A stretch of 64,000 nt of DNA from Octopus sinensis (taxonomy: Eukaryota): assembly GCF_006345805.1 (NCBI RefSeq), contig NC_042998.1, positions 162,130,001 through 162,194,000 of the forward strand, written 5' to 3'. Position numbers and translations under genes: made by a program. The notes under the pieces are model-generated. The model did no database searches. It saw only the letters and a program-made list of their open reading frames with translations, and was not told where the DNA came from. This document shows positions 25,705 through 39,215 of the stretch, one piece after another. How positions within the stretch are numbered: the stretch's first letter is position 1; each line of letters opens with the position of its first letter.

Positions 25705-25909
25705 TACTTGTTTCAGTCATTTGACTGCGGCCATGCTGGAGCACCGCCTTTTAGAGTGGTGAAAGAGTACAGCAGGGATCACCACCTCCTGCCGGAGCCT
25801 CGTGGAGCTTTTAGGTGTTTTTCGCTCAATAAACACACACAACGCCCGGTCTGGGAATCGAAACCGCGATCCTCCGACCGCAAGTCCGCTGCCCTAACCA
25901 CTGGGCCAT
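25705..25909 (-). mobile_element. Chimeric SINE: family D tRNA-like head joined to family A tail
   Basis: 25756-25909 is the reverse complement of the head of 55021-55396; 25705-25752 is the reverse complement of the family A 3' end. Confidence 0.75.
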
Positions 25910-26594
25910 AAAATCCGTTGTATGTGTGTGTGTGTCTTCTAGGATCTCAGGCATCCTCCATCTGATTGCGCTCAAATTTGATATGTAGATACTGACGGTA
26001 TCGGGGCATGTATAAGTCTTGAAAAAAATTACAAAAATCGATTCCAGGCGATCGATAAAGTGAATAAAATAGTTTTCCTTTATAATAGAAAAAAGTCCAT
26101 CTTTATTTCTTATTTTACTGGTGTAAATTTAGGTTAAATCAGTGTTTCTCAAAGGGGAGGCCTATGGGACGGTCAGACAAGTTGTTTTGAGAAAATTTAG
26201 TTTAAATGTTTGACAACTCAGCACCATCCATTGGACAGGGGGCCTTTTGCTCGTATGTATATATATATGTTTATGTATATATGTATATAAATGTGTGTGT
26301 GTATATATAAATATATGCATATATATGTATGTGTATATCTATATATCAATATATATATATATATATAAGAAATACTAAATTTCTAAATCTCTCGTAGAGA
26401 CATGTACGGTGGTGGGGCGATAGAATGGTTGTATACTGTCAATCTAACACGAACGTGACAGTAGGGGGGGTACACCACCGCTGTATAGCCCTAGGAAGCA
26501 TCGACGCCACCTGATGGCTTTGACACATTTTTTCCCTGTGTCCTTATATACATTTACGAAGGGGAGACAAACACCCCCGGCCGCCGGAGCTGCA

Positions 26595-26639
26595 TCTAGG
26601 GACACGTGTTTCAGGATCATTGTCCTTCATCGGCCTAGA
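26595..26639 (-). ncRNA. Minimal type I hammerhead ribozyme motif (one core variant, U4C)
   Basis: Minus strand TCTAGG-CCGATGA-AGGA-caatga-TCCT-GAAAC-ACGT-GTC-CCTAGA: 6-bp stem I, 4-bp stem II, short stem III with palindromic ACGT loop, GUC cleavage triplet. Confidence 0.75.
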
Positions 26640-26820
26640 GTAGCAGACACCGGTCAGCTGGCGATATTTGTCTCGACTTCGTATTGTATATATCTATAAT
26701 TCAGTGAAGTCTATTCACTGATTATCAAAATAAGAAATACTAAATTTCTAAATCTCTCGTAGAGACATGTACGGTGGTGGGGCGATAGAATGGTTGTATA
26801 CTGTCAATCTAACACGTCAA

Positions 26821-26865
26821 TCTAGGCCTATGAAGGACAATGATCCTGAAACACGTGTCCCTGGA
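26821..26865 (+). ncRNA. Second hammerhead motif copy, more degenerate (CCUAUGA core)
   Basis: TCTAGG-CCTATGA-AGGA-caatga-TCCT-GAAAC-ACGT-GTC-CCTGGA; two core substitutions, probably inactive. Confidence 0.6.
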
Positions 26866-27861
26866 TGCAGCTCCGGCGGCCGGGGGTGTTTGTCTCCCCT
26901 TCGTAAATGTATATAAGGACACAGGGAAAAAATGTGTCAAAGCCATCAGGAGGCGTCGATGCTTCCTAGGGCTATACAGCGGTGGTGTACCCCCCTACTG
27001 TCACGTTCGTGTTAGATTGACAGTATACAACCATTCTATATATATATATTTATATATATATATATATATGTGACTGTAAGAAGCTTGCTTCCCAATCACA
27101 TGGTTCTGGTTTCAGTGCCACTGCATGGCACCTTGGGCTATAGCCTCAGGCTGACCAAAGCTTTGGAATTGGATTTGGTAGACAGTCAGTGAAGGAAGCC
27201 CATCATGTATGTATTTGCATGTTTTTGTGTGTTCGTGCATCTTTGTGTCTGTGTTTGTCCCTGCCATCGTCACTTGACAATGAGTGTTGGTACATTTACA
27301 TTCCCATAACTTACTGGCAAAGAGACCAATAGAATAAGTACCTGGCTTGAAAATATATCCTGGAGCCGAATTGTTCAACTAGTGATGACGTATGAGTTTT
27401 GCTCCCCACAAACAGTTAATCAGTACCTTTGACACCTTGGTGGTTTGATTAAGAAGCACCACTTATGGAATAAGTGGAATAGATCCAGACATCTTGAGGA
27501 CTATAACAACTGAAAATGGGTTAAAAAATTGAAATTTTTAATAAAATTAATTAGTTTTAAACTTTTTAAACTTGCCCCACCCCATTGTAAAGTAATGTTT
27601 TCAAATTTTGGCACAAGGACAGCAATTTCAGGTGGTGGGTAAGTCGATCACATCTACTCCAATACGCAACTGGCACTTATGTCACCAACCCCGAAAGGAA
27701 GAAAAGCTAAGTTGACCCCTGCAGAATTTGAACATAAAGATGAATGAAATGTTGCTTGGAATTTTGTTTGGCATGGTAACAATTCTGCCCACCCACCTCC
27801 TTAATAAAGATAATGATAAAACAATAACAACGACAATGATAATGATAACATTGATCTTTTA

Positions 27862-28131
27862 TCATTTCCTTTTTACTTGTTTCAGTCATTAGCCATGCTG
27901 AGTTCTGTCTTGAAGAATTCGAATGTATTGACTCCCCACCCCCACCCCACCAGCACTTAGTTTTGTTTCTTAAAGCTAAAGCCTGGTATTTATTCTATCG
28001 GTGTCTTTTGTTGAACTGCTTAATTATGGGAGTGTAAACACACCAGCACCGGTTGTTAAGTGATAGTGGTGGAAAAAACACAGACACAAAGACATACAAG
28101 ACAGACACATACACGTACATATATACATATA

Positions 28132-28162
<31 letters not shown>

Positions 28163-28308
28163 GGTGGGCTTCATCTACAAAATCCACTTACCAAACTTTG
28201 GTCAGCCTGAGGTTATAGTACAAGACACGTGATCAATGTGCCATGTAGTGGGACTGAATCTGGAACCATGTGGTTGGGAAGCAAGGTTCTTACCACACAG
28301 CCACACCT
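27862..28308 (-). mobile_element. Family A SINE, full length, diverged
   Basis: Collinear reverse complement of 7471-7885. Confidence 0.85.
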
Positions 28309-28814
28309 GATGACTGTCTGTCAGTTTGGAAGTAATTTAGTTGAAAACAAGTGAAGTTTGTTGAGAGGAAGGGTATCTTGTCTTAAAATACTACCTCAGT
28401 AAATTGAGTTAACCTAACCCATCATGGTGAAAGCAAATATAAAACCAAGTTGAAGTGATGGTGTATATTTTTACGACCCTAACATAGTTTGAAATCAAAA
28501 CCTTTACACTACAGAATCACTGATCCCAATTTTGTCTTCCATTACCATATCAGTAACCTAGCTAGATGTTTATTTTGTTTTTATTTAACCAAGATAGCGA
28601 CAAAGTTAGCATCCACTTAAAAGCAATAACATTGTAAAAGTTGTCGGCTCAAAGCTCCCTGTAATTACACTTATAACCCTCATAAAGATATAATAAGATA
28701 TATTAAATATTCCAACAAGAGAAAGAAAAAAGAAAGAAAACAAAAAAAATTCCTATTTTTCAAACAGAAATTTAATTTGAGAATACATAGATATACACGT
28801 GCGTATGTGTTTAT

Positions 28815-28884
<70 letters not shown>

Positions 28885-29676
28885 CACACACACATGCAAA
28901 TATGCATGCACACATACACATATCATACATACATATATATACATACACATACTCCTACACTTAGGTACATACATATATACATATGTACTGGTACATATAC
29001 ATTCGTACATACATATATACATACATAACACACACATATGCATATATACATAACACACACACACACGTATGCATACATACATATATCATACATATATAAA
29101 TTAATATCAGTATGAAAACAATAGTGTTTGAAACTTCATTTGAATAACTTAGCGGAAAAAGTTCAATTCAGCCTGATAGTTTAATAAAATTATATTGGCA
29201 GCTCTCATAATTTCAATACTGGTCTACTTCACAAGGAATCAAAATTATGTATATATCTTCATGATTTTTCCATTTGTTTTTAATTCATTTTTTTCTCCCC
29301 TTTCTTCAACCAAGTGCAGCCTCATCTTTAGTTGAAGAAGAAACTAGAAGCTCACAACAAAGCTATTGGAAACATCGCTTCATGCATGGTGTGTCTAACT
29401 ATAACAAACAAGGTGTTAAAACTTGACAGAGCTTTAGCCCAATCAGAACATCGTACATATACTTCTTATAAATTTAAGAAACCACACCTGCTATCCAGTC
29501 AGTAGGTGTCCGTTTAGTCATAAGTTATTCTGTATTGTGTTCCCACCAAAAATGTTTGTCTTCTTTAACTTGGTGCAAACAATGATCGAGTTGGTACTAT
29601 AGAAAGATATATAACGTACCCTACTAACAATGCTTTCTATTCTTCAATCATTTCTGGTCACAGAAGCACCAAGTGG

Positions 29677-29935
29677 AAGCACATGGCCTAGTGGTTAGAG
29701 CAGCAGACTCACGGTCGAGGGATCGCGGGCTCGAATCTCAGACCGAGCGATGTGTGTGTTTATGGGCGAAACACCTAAGCTCCATATGGCTCCAGCAGAA
29801 GGTAATGGTGAACCTCTGCTGACTCTTTCGCCACAACTTTCTCCCACTCTTTCTCCCTGCATCTTGCAGCTCACCTGTGATGGACTGGCGTCCTGTCCAG
29901 GTGGGGAACCTATACACCAAGGAAATGCCAAACAA
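29677..29935 (+). mobile_element. tRNA-derived SINE related to family D
   Basis: A box tggcctagtggttag, B-box-like gggctcgaatctc; body similar to 55021-55200. Confidence 0.8.
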
Positions 29936-30700
29936 CAACAACAGAAGCACCAACAATTAGCTGATATTGTTACAGTGTGGGTGTTTAATCCTTAGATCAC
30001 TCCCTCACTTCATTCAAGAAAAATTTGGTTGCTATTTCTAGCAGACCAATTAACCACGTATTTCTTTTCTAATTAGTTCATAGTAATTGTCTGCTTTTAA
30101 ACTTGCTTTAATCTGGATGAGCCTCTATCCAACTGATGTATATTTTAAATTTGGAACTTAAGTTTTCTCTAATGTATCATTTAATTATTTGAATAATGCT
30201 AGGAAGACAAAGCCTGCAAGAGGTATCTAAAAGGCAGTGTAGGTTAGGATACGTTACTATTTAGTATAGGTATAGTCTTATATATTCTTGTGGATGAAGA
30301 ACTTTTATGCAGATTATAGAGCAGTAAACTTAAATGGTTCATTATGTCTATTTTGTTGCACAGTATTCCTGATTTAAAACATAGTATAGTTGATATCATG
30401 TATGTTGATATCAAGGTCTATGTAAGTTAATATAAAATTTTATATATCATTATCATAATCATCGTCGTCATCATTTAATGTCCATTTTCCTTGCTGATAT
30501 GGGCTGGATGGCTTGGCCACCAAGTAACTTGGTGACCGGCTTAGTGCCATAAAAAACGAAATTCACTTCCATACTTACATTCAAATATATGTGTACATAT
30601 ATATGCAGGTATATGCACACCCAGTAATACATACACTCACAGGCACATACATATATGATAGATGGTACATAAATTAAATGTTGATACAAATATTAATGTA

Positions 30701-32060
30701 ATTATCATCATCATTTTACTTCCATTTATCCATGCTTGCTTGGATTTTCAACAAGACCACTTGGGGGTAGTTCTTTGTCATTTCCCTTATAAATTTCAAA
30801 CTGTTGAGATATGCTTTTACCACTTCAACCCATATCTTTCTAGACCTTCCTCTTCTGCAAGCTCCTTTGGCACATTTTTTGAACCCACCTGATAGTCTCA
30901 ATAGTCACCTCATGTCCTTACCATCTACCTCAGTCTGCACTCTTGCACAGTTTTGCCTTCAGCTCATCTGGATTCCAATGTTCATGCAATGCCATTATAA
31001 TGCAGTGGAGCACACTCATCCCACTTTTTTCCTGGTATCACACATTCTCCACATTAAAAACCCAGCTTTCACTATCATGCAATACTGCACTTTGCACATA
31101 ATATCACAAACACTACCTTTCAATCAATGGGAAAATTTTATTCTTACCAGCAGAATTAAAAGCATCTTGAACCTTTTCCATCCTCTTATAACTCTCTTAG
31201 CTTCAAGAATATCTTTGTCTAATGTTAATTTGGTCACCTACATAACAAACATTGTCAACTACACCCAGGGAGCCTACCAAGCATTTGAAAAAAATGTATT
31301 TTGTGGGTGTTTTAATGATTACTTCTACACAGTTTTTTTTTTCATGGATCATTTGCTTGTGATTTTGCTGCATCATCTTTGTGCCCATAATTTGGTCCAT
31401 GATAGGACATCCTTATCTGTTCTTTTCTGCTAATCAAGCTTGAAAATTCCTCATATGATAGCATAATCTTGTCTTCTTATATATATCAATGAAAGATTTA
31501 TTCATTGTTGGATTTACTTTAAGAGCTCTATTCTTGATATTTTTAAGTTACTGGCATACAAAATTTCTCACTGACAGCCACTCTGAAATTTCTTTGTTAT
31601 GGTCCAATGGACTAAAATAAACAAAGCAGGTCTAAGAACTGAGCACTAATAGTGTTAAATTCTTCACTGAATTCATTGAGAAATCTCACTCTACTGACAG
31701 CATTTCTGTGTGACTTGCATGTCTCTCACAAGTCATTTCTCACTACCTAGTTTTCTTGAAAGTCACAAGATAATAGAGTATTGTTCTTTGTCAAAGGTTT
31801 CTCTAAGTCCATAAATGATAGGTGTAGTGGCTTGCACTTTGCTAAAAGCTTCCCCTGTCTTGCTATGATTACTGATAGAATCAATGTAATTCAGTTCAGA
31901 TGGAATCAGTGATATTCCATGTAGTCTGGTTGAAACCCAAACAACATTGCATGTTAGCCAATTTTCTCCCTAATCAGTTATGCTATAATTCTTTCTGTTA
32001 TTTTTATAACTTGATCTATTAGTTTGATGCCTCTGTTGTCAGTGATGTAGCTAGTGTATG
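30701..32060 (-). pseudogene. Decayed RTE-clade LINE (RT and C-terminus), 5'-truncated
   Basis: Minus strand GIKLIDQVIKITERIIA*LIREK...FGFQP, KPLHLSFMDLEK, and C-terminal RRGRSRKIWVEVVK; (GAT)n tail near 30701-30715. Confidence 0.85.
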
Positions 32061-32839
32061 TTCCACTCTAAGCAGCCCTTGAGTTTTTGGTGCCCCTGGA
32101 CCTCCAAGCCTGTACAGGCTTGTACAACAGATCCAGAAGTGCCACTCACTTAAAAGCATCACCTGGAGTGGACCGTACCTTCTCCTTAATTCTCAGATTC
32201 TTCTTAGCAACATTATAGGCTGTTGGGTAAATCAAAGTACAGGGCCCTATAGTATTTATTTATTGACAGCAAGCCACAACATATATAGGTCAGAATTGGG
32301 CCCCTAAACCCATTACTTTTGGCCAACTACTTAGTGTATCCATGTCTTAAGACAGCACTACCTATTCTATTGCCAGTTGCTGCTTCTTTCCAAAACAGCT
32401 TTTTGTCCTTGTAGCAGCCAATACTGACACTGTTATGCAAATCATAGGGATTAAATCCTTTCTGTATTGCTATAAGTTGAAATAATTATTGATATAATAC
32501 AGTGATTTGTATGGCAGCACACTGACAGAATTGTTAGCAAGCCAGGCAAAATTCTTAGTGGCAATCTACATAATGTGGACGTAGATGTCATCAAAAAGGA
32601 ACTAGACATCCTCCACTCCACAATACCAGATGAACCAATGGCCCGACATGAGGTACAGAAGCAGGCAGTGGTATCAAACTCTCTCATACACCAAATGGGC
32701 CAATAGCTAGGACAAAGGCACATACAGGAGTGGTGATGTGAAACCCACCAGCCTGAGAAAATCAGCAAAACCACAGTGGTACTCCAGCATGACCACAGCT
32801 GCAAGGATAAAATGAATAAAAGAATATATATATATAAAA

Positions 32840-33150
32840 ATAGTGAACTCAAAGTTGATATCATATAGCTATATAGTGAAATCAATAATGACATATACTA
32901 AAATAGTGAAATTAATGTTGATATACTATAGTAATATATTGAAATCAATGTTGATATAATATAGTAACATAGTGAAATTGAAGCGTAAATCCTATGTGAA
33001 TAATATAGTAAAATCAACGTTGATGAAATATACATATAATAATACTCATGAAATCATGTTGATATTGATATATTGGGAAATCGTTACTTATGTAATATAA
33101 TGAAAACAATGTTTACATAACATAGTAATATAGTGATATTAACACTAATA
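32840..33150 (+). repeat. Degenerate minisatellite, unit about 33 bp (atagtgaaatcaatgttgatat...)
   Basis: About eight or more diverged units; further units near 33870-33935 and 34345-34435. Confidence 0.7.
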
Positions 33151-33935
33151 TTATATACTACATACTTAGATAAGTCTTGGTCAGAATTGGCCCTGGTCAT
33201 GGCTAACTTAATGGCACCACCTGGCAAAACCATTTAATAAAGTTTCATATAACATTCCATTCCATAGACCATTTGAGTAAAAAGTTATTGTTTGCAGAGA
33301 TATATCCATGTGAAGGTGGCTTATCTGAAATTCGTTGGATATTCATCCAGGAACTGCTTGACTGTTATGAGGTCTTTTTCTTCTTTTATGTGTTTTAGCA
33401 TGAGGATAAAGAGAGAAGGGCCTGTTGAGGTGAAATAGTTCTGTCTTAGTGTTGTGATGTAATGCGAGCATTATTTTTGTAGATGACGGATGGTATGTAG
33501 ACCAAGCCTTGGGTGAATATTAAAGTCGATGACAAAATCATTTGGACAGTACTGTTGGAATATTTCCACATCAGACAAATGATATAGCACTCATGATATA
33601 GCACAAATGATATAGCACTCAGAAAATAAAGTTTGAGCTTTTCGAGCCAAACCCAATAATCAAGACTTGTCAAAGTACCTGGGGTACTTTGATTTTTCTA
33701 ATATTTTGTTTCATATAGAGAGGCCACAGCAGACAACAACATTCAAGGTGAGGATGGGTGAAGGTAGGAGAAGAGAGGCATAATGGTATGAGTGACTCTA
33801 GAGGGGAAAGTCTTGAGGTTCCAGAAACATACCTTATGGGCCATGTCAATTTTGCTGCTTATCTAGGCACTCCATTACAATGTTGATATAATATAATAAT
33901 AAAGTGAAATTAATATTGATATTATATATTAATAT

Positions 33936-34345
33936 AGGGTGGTGAGCTGGCAGAAATGTTAGCATGCTGGGCAAAGTCCTAAGCAGAATTTTGTCCATCT
34001 GTAATGTTCTGAGTTCAAATTCTGCTGAGGTCAACTTTGTCTTTCATCCTTCTGAGATCGATAAAACAAGTACTAGTCAAGCACTGGATATATTACTCCC
34101 TCACCTGAAAGTGCTGGCCTTGTGCCAAAACATGAAACCAATATTATATATTGATATAGTAAAAACAATGAAAGCAGCAAACTGGTAGAATGCTTAGCAA
34201 TTTGAGTTCAGATTCTGCCAGGGTCAACTTTGCCTTTCATCCTTTCAAGAGTAATAAAAGAAGTACCAGTTGAGTACTGGGGTTGATGTAATTGACTTAC
34301 ACCCTCACAAAAACCGCTGGCCTTATGCCAAAATTTGAAACCAGT
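33936..34345 (+). mobile_element. Two successive family B SINE copies
   Basis: gagctggcagaa...gagttcaaattctgctgaggtcaactttgtctttcatcctt at 33944-34055 and a similar core at 34203-34265. Confidence 0.8.
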
Positions 34346-35551
34346 TTAGTGAAAACAACACTGATAAAATATAAGATACATAGTGAAATCAATGTTAATT
34401 TTAGTACTATTATTGAAATGTTAGCATATTGAAATCAGGACAGTTGACTAGATGGCAATATCATTATCATTATTGCCATCATCATCATCATCAGTAGCAG
34501 TAGTAACAGTAAACTGAAGCATTCATATTGTTAGTGTCTGCTAACATATATATATATATATATATATATAACATATATATAACATATATACATATAATTA
34601 TTTACTTAGTTTGGGTGTGCCTTCACTCATCGCTTCTCTTACCTGTGGTCGTGCACTTGGTCCATTTCCTCTGCTAATTACATCATCATTCCTCTATGGT
34701 AGGTGCTAATTACATCATTTTTACTGTACCATTACTCTGGCAGTCATCTATCACCTAGGCAAAGCACCCATTATCAATCTTTTATTATTATACATAACAC
34801 CACACTCACTACATCTCTCACTCTCTCTCCCTTTATCTCTCTCTTTCTCTCTGTGTATATATATATATATATATGTATATGCATACATCTACAATTATAT
34901 TTGAATATATGCAGACAGATACATTATGGATATATTTGTTTACTCACACTCATACACATATAGGTGTGCGTGTGTGTGTGAGTGTGGGTGCATGAATATA
35001 GTTATACACACACATATACAAACACACATAGAGAGAGAGATACACATGCATGCATATCTCTCCCTCTCTCCTGCCCCCTCTCCCCTCTCTCTTTCCCTCC
35101 CTCTCTGTCCCTCTCTCTCTGTATCTCTCTCTCTCTATACACACACACACTCATAAGGAAAGCATAAGTGGGATGAGGGGTTGCGTAATGATCTCTTTCA
35201 ACATTTCTAAATTTACAGGAAATGGAAATGTTTGAAGAATATCAAAACCATCTTGTGTCATCATTCTCACTGTATTACACCCTGCTATTTATCTTTATCT
35301 CAGCCTATCTGGCAGTCTGTCTCTCTTTCTCTCTTTTCTCTGTCTCTTTGTCTTTTCTTGCTTTATCCTCTGCCCCCACCTCTTTAATTCTATTTCATTT
35401 TGTCTCACATCCTCTCTCATACACAACATGTTCACCTTCTCATCTCCTTCCTCTCACACATGCATTCTCTTTCTTCCTTTCTCATTCCTACTCTTTACCT
35501 CTATTCCACTTTCTCTGTTTTACTTTCTATCTGTCTGTCTGTTTCTCTTCT

Positions 35552-35593
<42 letters not shown>

Positions 35594-36387
35594 TACTCTA
35601 TCTCTCTCTCACATATGCACACATATACACACAGTTACAGTTTAGATAGATATGTGTTTAACAAAATAGCTTTATCATGTTTACTTCTGCTCAAAGTCAA
35701 GTACTAGACATAAGCTTCTGAACAATGGCAAATTGCAGATATGATGCAATTATGATTCCTAGTTAAAGCTATTCAGTTTCATTAATGCCACTGATAATGA
35801 TTTCTTACATAGGGATAACACCAGAAATTTGGAGAAAATATGCTATAATCAATTATATTGACAACTTTGGAAGGATTTGAACTTTAAAAGTAAAGAGGCA
35901 GAACAAATATTGCAATACATTATGTCTGAAGCTCAGCCTTAGTAATGCTGCAAATAATAACTTCACAGATAAGCACAAGGATAGGTAATTAGAGGGACAG
36001 TTAGATGATTAAACCAACATTCAAACAATGTAAATCAAAGTTGACTTCAATCTAATTTGAACTCGTAACATAAAGAGCAGGAACAAATATTGTAGGACTT
36101 CTTGTGCAATGCTCAAATGATTCTGCCAACCCACTACTCTACAATGCACAAACCTATACAACATAAAATGCTGATTTATCAAAATTATCTCTTTCTCTAG
36201 AGAATGTATGATAATTACTAAATAGCAATTAAGACTGTTTCCTCTGCCATAGAGGATATAATCACAGGAATCAAACAATTCTCTAAAACTGCCATTATTA
36301 TCTAGAGATGGGAGGACATGTTTCTATCTCAGTAGCCATCATCAGCACATTAGGTGTGCCATTCTCTAGAATGCAACAAATATTAAT

Positions 36388-36584
36388 TTCAAATTTTGGC
36401 ACAAGGCCAGCAGAATAAGTCAATTACATCGACTCTGGTACTTAACTTTATTGGCCCTGAAAGGATGAAAGGCAAAGGCAACCTTGGCAGAATTTGAACT
36501 CAGAACATAAAGGCAGAAGAAATGCTTGTAAGCATTTTGTCCAGTGTAGTAATGATTTTGCCAGCTTGCAGCTAATAGTGCCTT
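36388..36584 (-). mobile_element. SINE family B
   Basis: ggatgaaaggcaaaggcaaccttggcagaatttgaactcag core. Confidence 0.8.
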
Positions 36585-37212
36585 AAGAAAAGCATAAATA
36601 TCATACAACCTCACCATTCTACCTTTATAAATTCTTGGTCATTTCTGTTTTTATCTTAGTTAGAGGAAGCAGGGTAGACACCCATCCCCACCTTTATGAC
36701 TTTATTTAGCACCTCCAAGACTGGTAAAGAGAAATATGAAGAAAATCCTGTTTCATGGATTATTTCAGTATAAAAATATGTATTGAAATATTGAGATCTC
36801 AGACCAGTGTCAGAAGTACCTAAGAAACAGTTTGTTGGTGTTAAACAGGGTAATGGATTAGGTTTACCATCTAGAGCTAGCACAGTCTATTCAATGATGT
36901 TGCATATGGTTGGTACCTTGAAAAACTTCTGAGACGGTGAAGCAAATTCTTGAGCCCATGAGCATATTGTTTTTATATAAGAAATCAGTAAACCAATGAT
37001 GGAGACTGTATATGGTTACTCTATCTGTTAGAAATAGCAGTCTAATCTTCCTCAAATTACATCTTATCATGTTACAAAAGAATTGGCATATTGGGTAATG
37101 TAGTCTTAGACATATTATGTTGGAATGGTCACAAATGTAATGTCTTTGGTCATAGATCTATTCTACTAACAGGACTGACTTTCTGCTGGATCAGTGGGTT
37201 CCTACCTTTTGA

Positions 37213-37423
37213 CAGTGGTTCCCAACCCTTTTATTTAAATGAGTTTTCCCATGAACCCCTTTTAACATGCTTATCCTTGTGTGTATGTGTGTGTGTGTGT
37301 GTGTGTGTTTGCACGTGTGTATGTATGTATATATATATGAAATTTTGAATTTAGTTCACAGACCCCCAGTACTACTTTTGTGGACCACCAGGGGTCTACA
37401 GACCCCAGGTTGGGAATCACCTG
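37213..37423. mobile_element. hAT(Charlie)-like MITE
   Basis: TIRs CAGTGGTTCCCAACC and GGTTGGGAATCACCTG; internal (TG)n; no intact 8-bp TSD. Confidence 0.65.
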
Positions 37424-38849
37424 ATAGATGATGATGACAACTTCAGTTTATATTGGTATTGTGTTAAAATACCTCATAACTGTTTCAGATTTTGTCACTA
37501 TATTTCTGTTTTAATATTTAATGTTTTTACTTTAATTCAACAGTGTTTTGTATATTGTAATTTTATTGTTAATCAAACAGACCTATGACATTCTCTTTCC
37601 TTTCTTTGTGAATCAGGGGACTACAGGCTCCACCATATTTTTTTTTTTTTTTTGCATATGACAATATAGTGTGATTTGTATAGTGAGATTTGGCTGTGTT
37701 TTCAGTTTAGCAGACAGAAAATATATGGAAGCTCTTTGGGGATACTGTTCCACTGTTTCTGTGCTTGGGTGTTAGACTCTCTTTGTCACTTGATTTAACA
37801 CCAGGAAAAGCTCTGTTAAAACCCACACTGTTGCAAGTATTTGGATCATGTCAGTGATTTTGAGAATCATTTCCTTCCCACCATCCTCCAGTTACAAACA
37901 CCCAGAAAAAAGTCAAAGCTGCTACCCTTTCCTCTGACAAAGCCACAAAGCAACAAAAACTGCAGGTGTTCTTGCTAGTTTTTTTTTGTGGCATTTGTTG
38001 CTATTTCACCTCCTGGGGTTGTATTTGATTTCATATGATCAAATAAATGATAGTGACTATTGTAATGTTGTTGTTGCCATTTGTGGTGGTGGTGGTGGTG
38101 GTGGTGGAGGAGGATGGCAGTGATAGGGGTAGCAGCAGCAGCAGTGTGGATGTGTTGGTGCTTGTATTATTAGCACTGGTATTGTAACTGTAGTAATTGT
38201 TGCTGTTATTTAGCATTAACTCAGACCTTACATAGCAAATCTATGATCAAAGAAATTCCGGGCATGATCATATCACCTTCTTTTATTCAAATATTATGTA
38301 CCTAGGTCTAATGCAATCGATATGTTCTTCATTTTTTAAAAATATTCTCAAAGGTACATCAGCATGGCTGCAACTCTGAGCTGAAACTACAGAAAAATAA
38401 AGAAAAAGAAAAGAAAAATGGTAGTAGGATGTGATTTAAAGGAGTTATAATGCCATCTCTGGAAGGTTGAGCAACCATATAGATAGATGGGGTTTTCTAT
38501 TGGTTTGTTTTGTCATAATTGTTCTTTAACCTCAGGTAAACTCTGATAAAGTCAGTCCTATGATCAAAAACATCCAGCCATGACTGTCCTGTCTTTCACC
38601 ACTACCTGTGACTATATTCTCTTATGTATACATTAGATCTTTCAAATAACAAGATATTATATGAGGGAGATTTGGCCACTGTTTCTAGTAAGTTGAGTCG
38701 TATAGACTGTAGACTGGAAAGTTTCCCCCAGGATCCAACTGATGGAGAGCCATACATTTGATACACCTGTATTTGTCTTTTGTTACTCAAATACATGCCA
38801 ATAGCCACTCTGAGCTATTTCTCTAAGTTTATTTTTGTTTCTTCTTCAT

Positions 38850-39215
38850 CATCATCATCATTGTCCAATTTCCATGCTGGCATGGGTTGGACAGTTGGAC
38901 CCAAGCTGGCCAGCTGGAGAGCTGCACCAGGTCCCAGTCTGATTTAGCTTGGTTTCTACAACTGGATACCCTTTCTAATGCCAACCACTTCACAGAGTGT
39001 GCTGGATGCTTTTAACATGCCACTGGCATGAGTGCTTTTACGTGGCACCAACATCAGTGCTTTTTAAGCTGCGCTGGTACAGAGTTGTTGCAGGCCATTT
39101 TTTTCATCAGGGGAAGCAGCCTTAACACTTCTTTTGTGGAGTAAAGGTTTTCCAGTACAAGTGGTGCCATATATTTTGGTCCTTTATCATCTCCTCCAAA
39201 AGGTTCAGTGTCCTG
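38850..39215 (-). mobile_element. RTE-tailed SINE end followed by an RTE ORF C-terminal fragment
   Basis: (cat)n tail sequence, then minus-strand QDDLRTLNLLEEMIKDQNIW resembling RTE C-termini. Confidence 0.65.

Larger units (their letters stand above)
26366..27038. mobile_element. Penelope-like/retrozyme-like element: 365-bp partial tandem plus inverted copy
   Basis: 86-bp direct repeat at 26366-26451 and 26731-26816; about 218-bp inverted repeat at 26421-26639 and 26821-27038; (TA)n on both flanks; carries hammerhead motifs. Confidence 0.8.

Noticed and set aside
30804-31433. 209-aa plus-strand ORF
   Set aside because: It is antisense to the decayed RTE LINE and has no recognisable domain.
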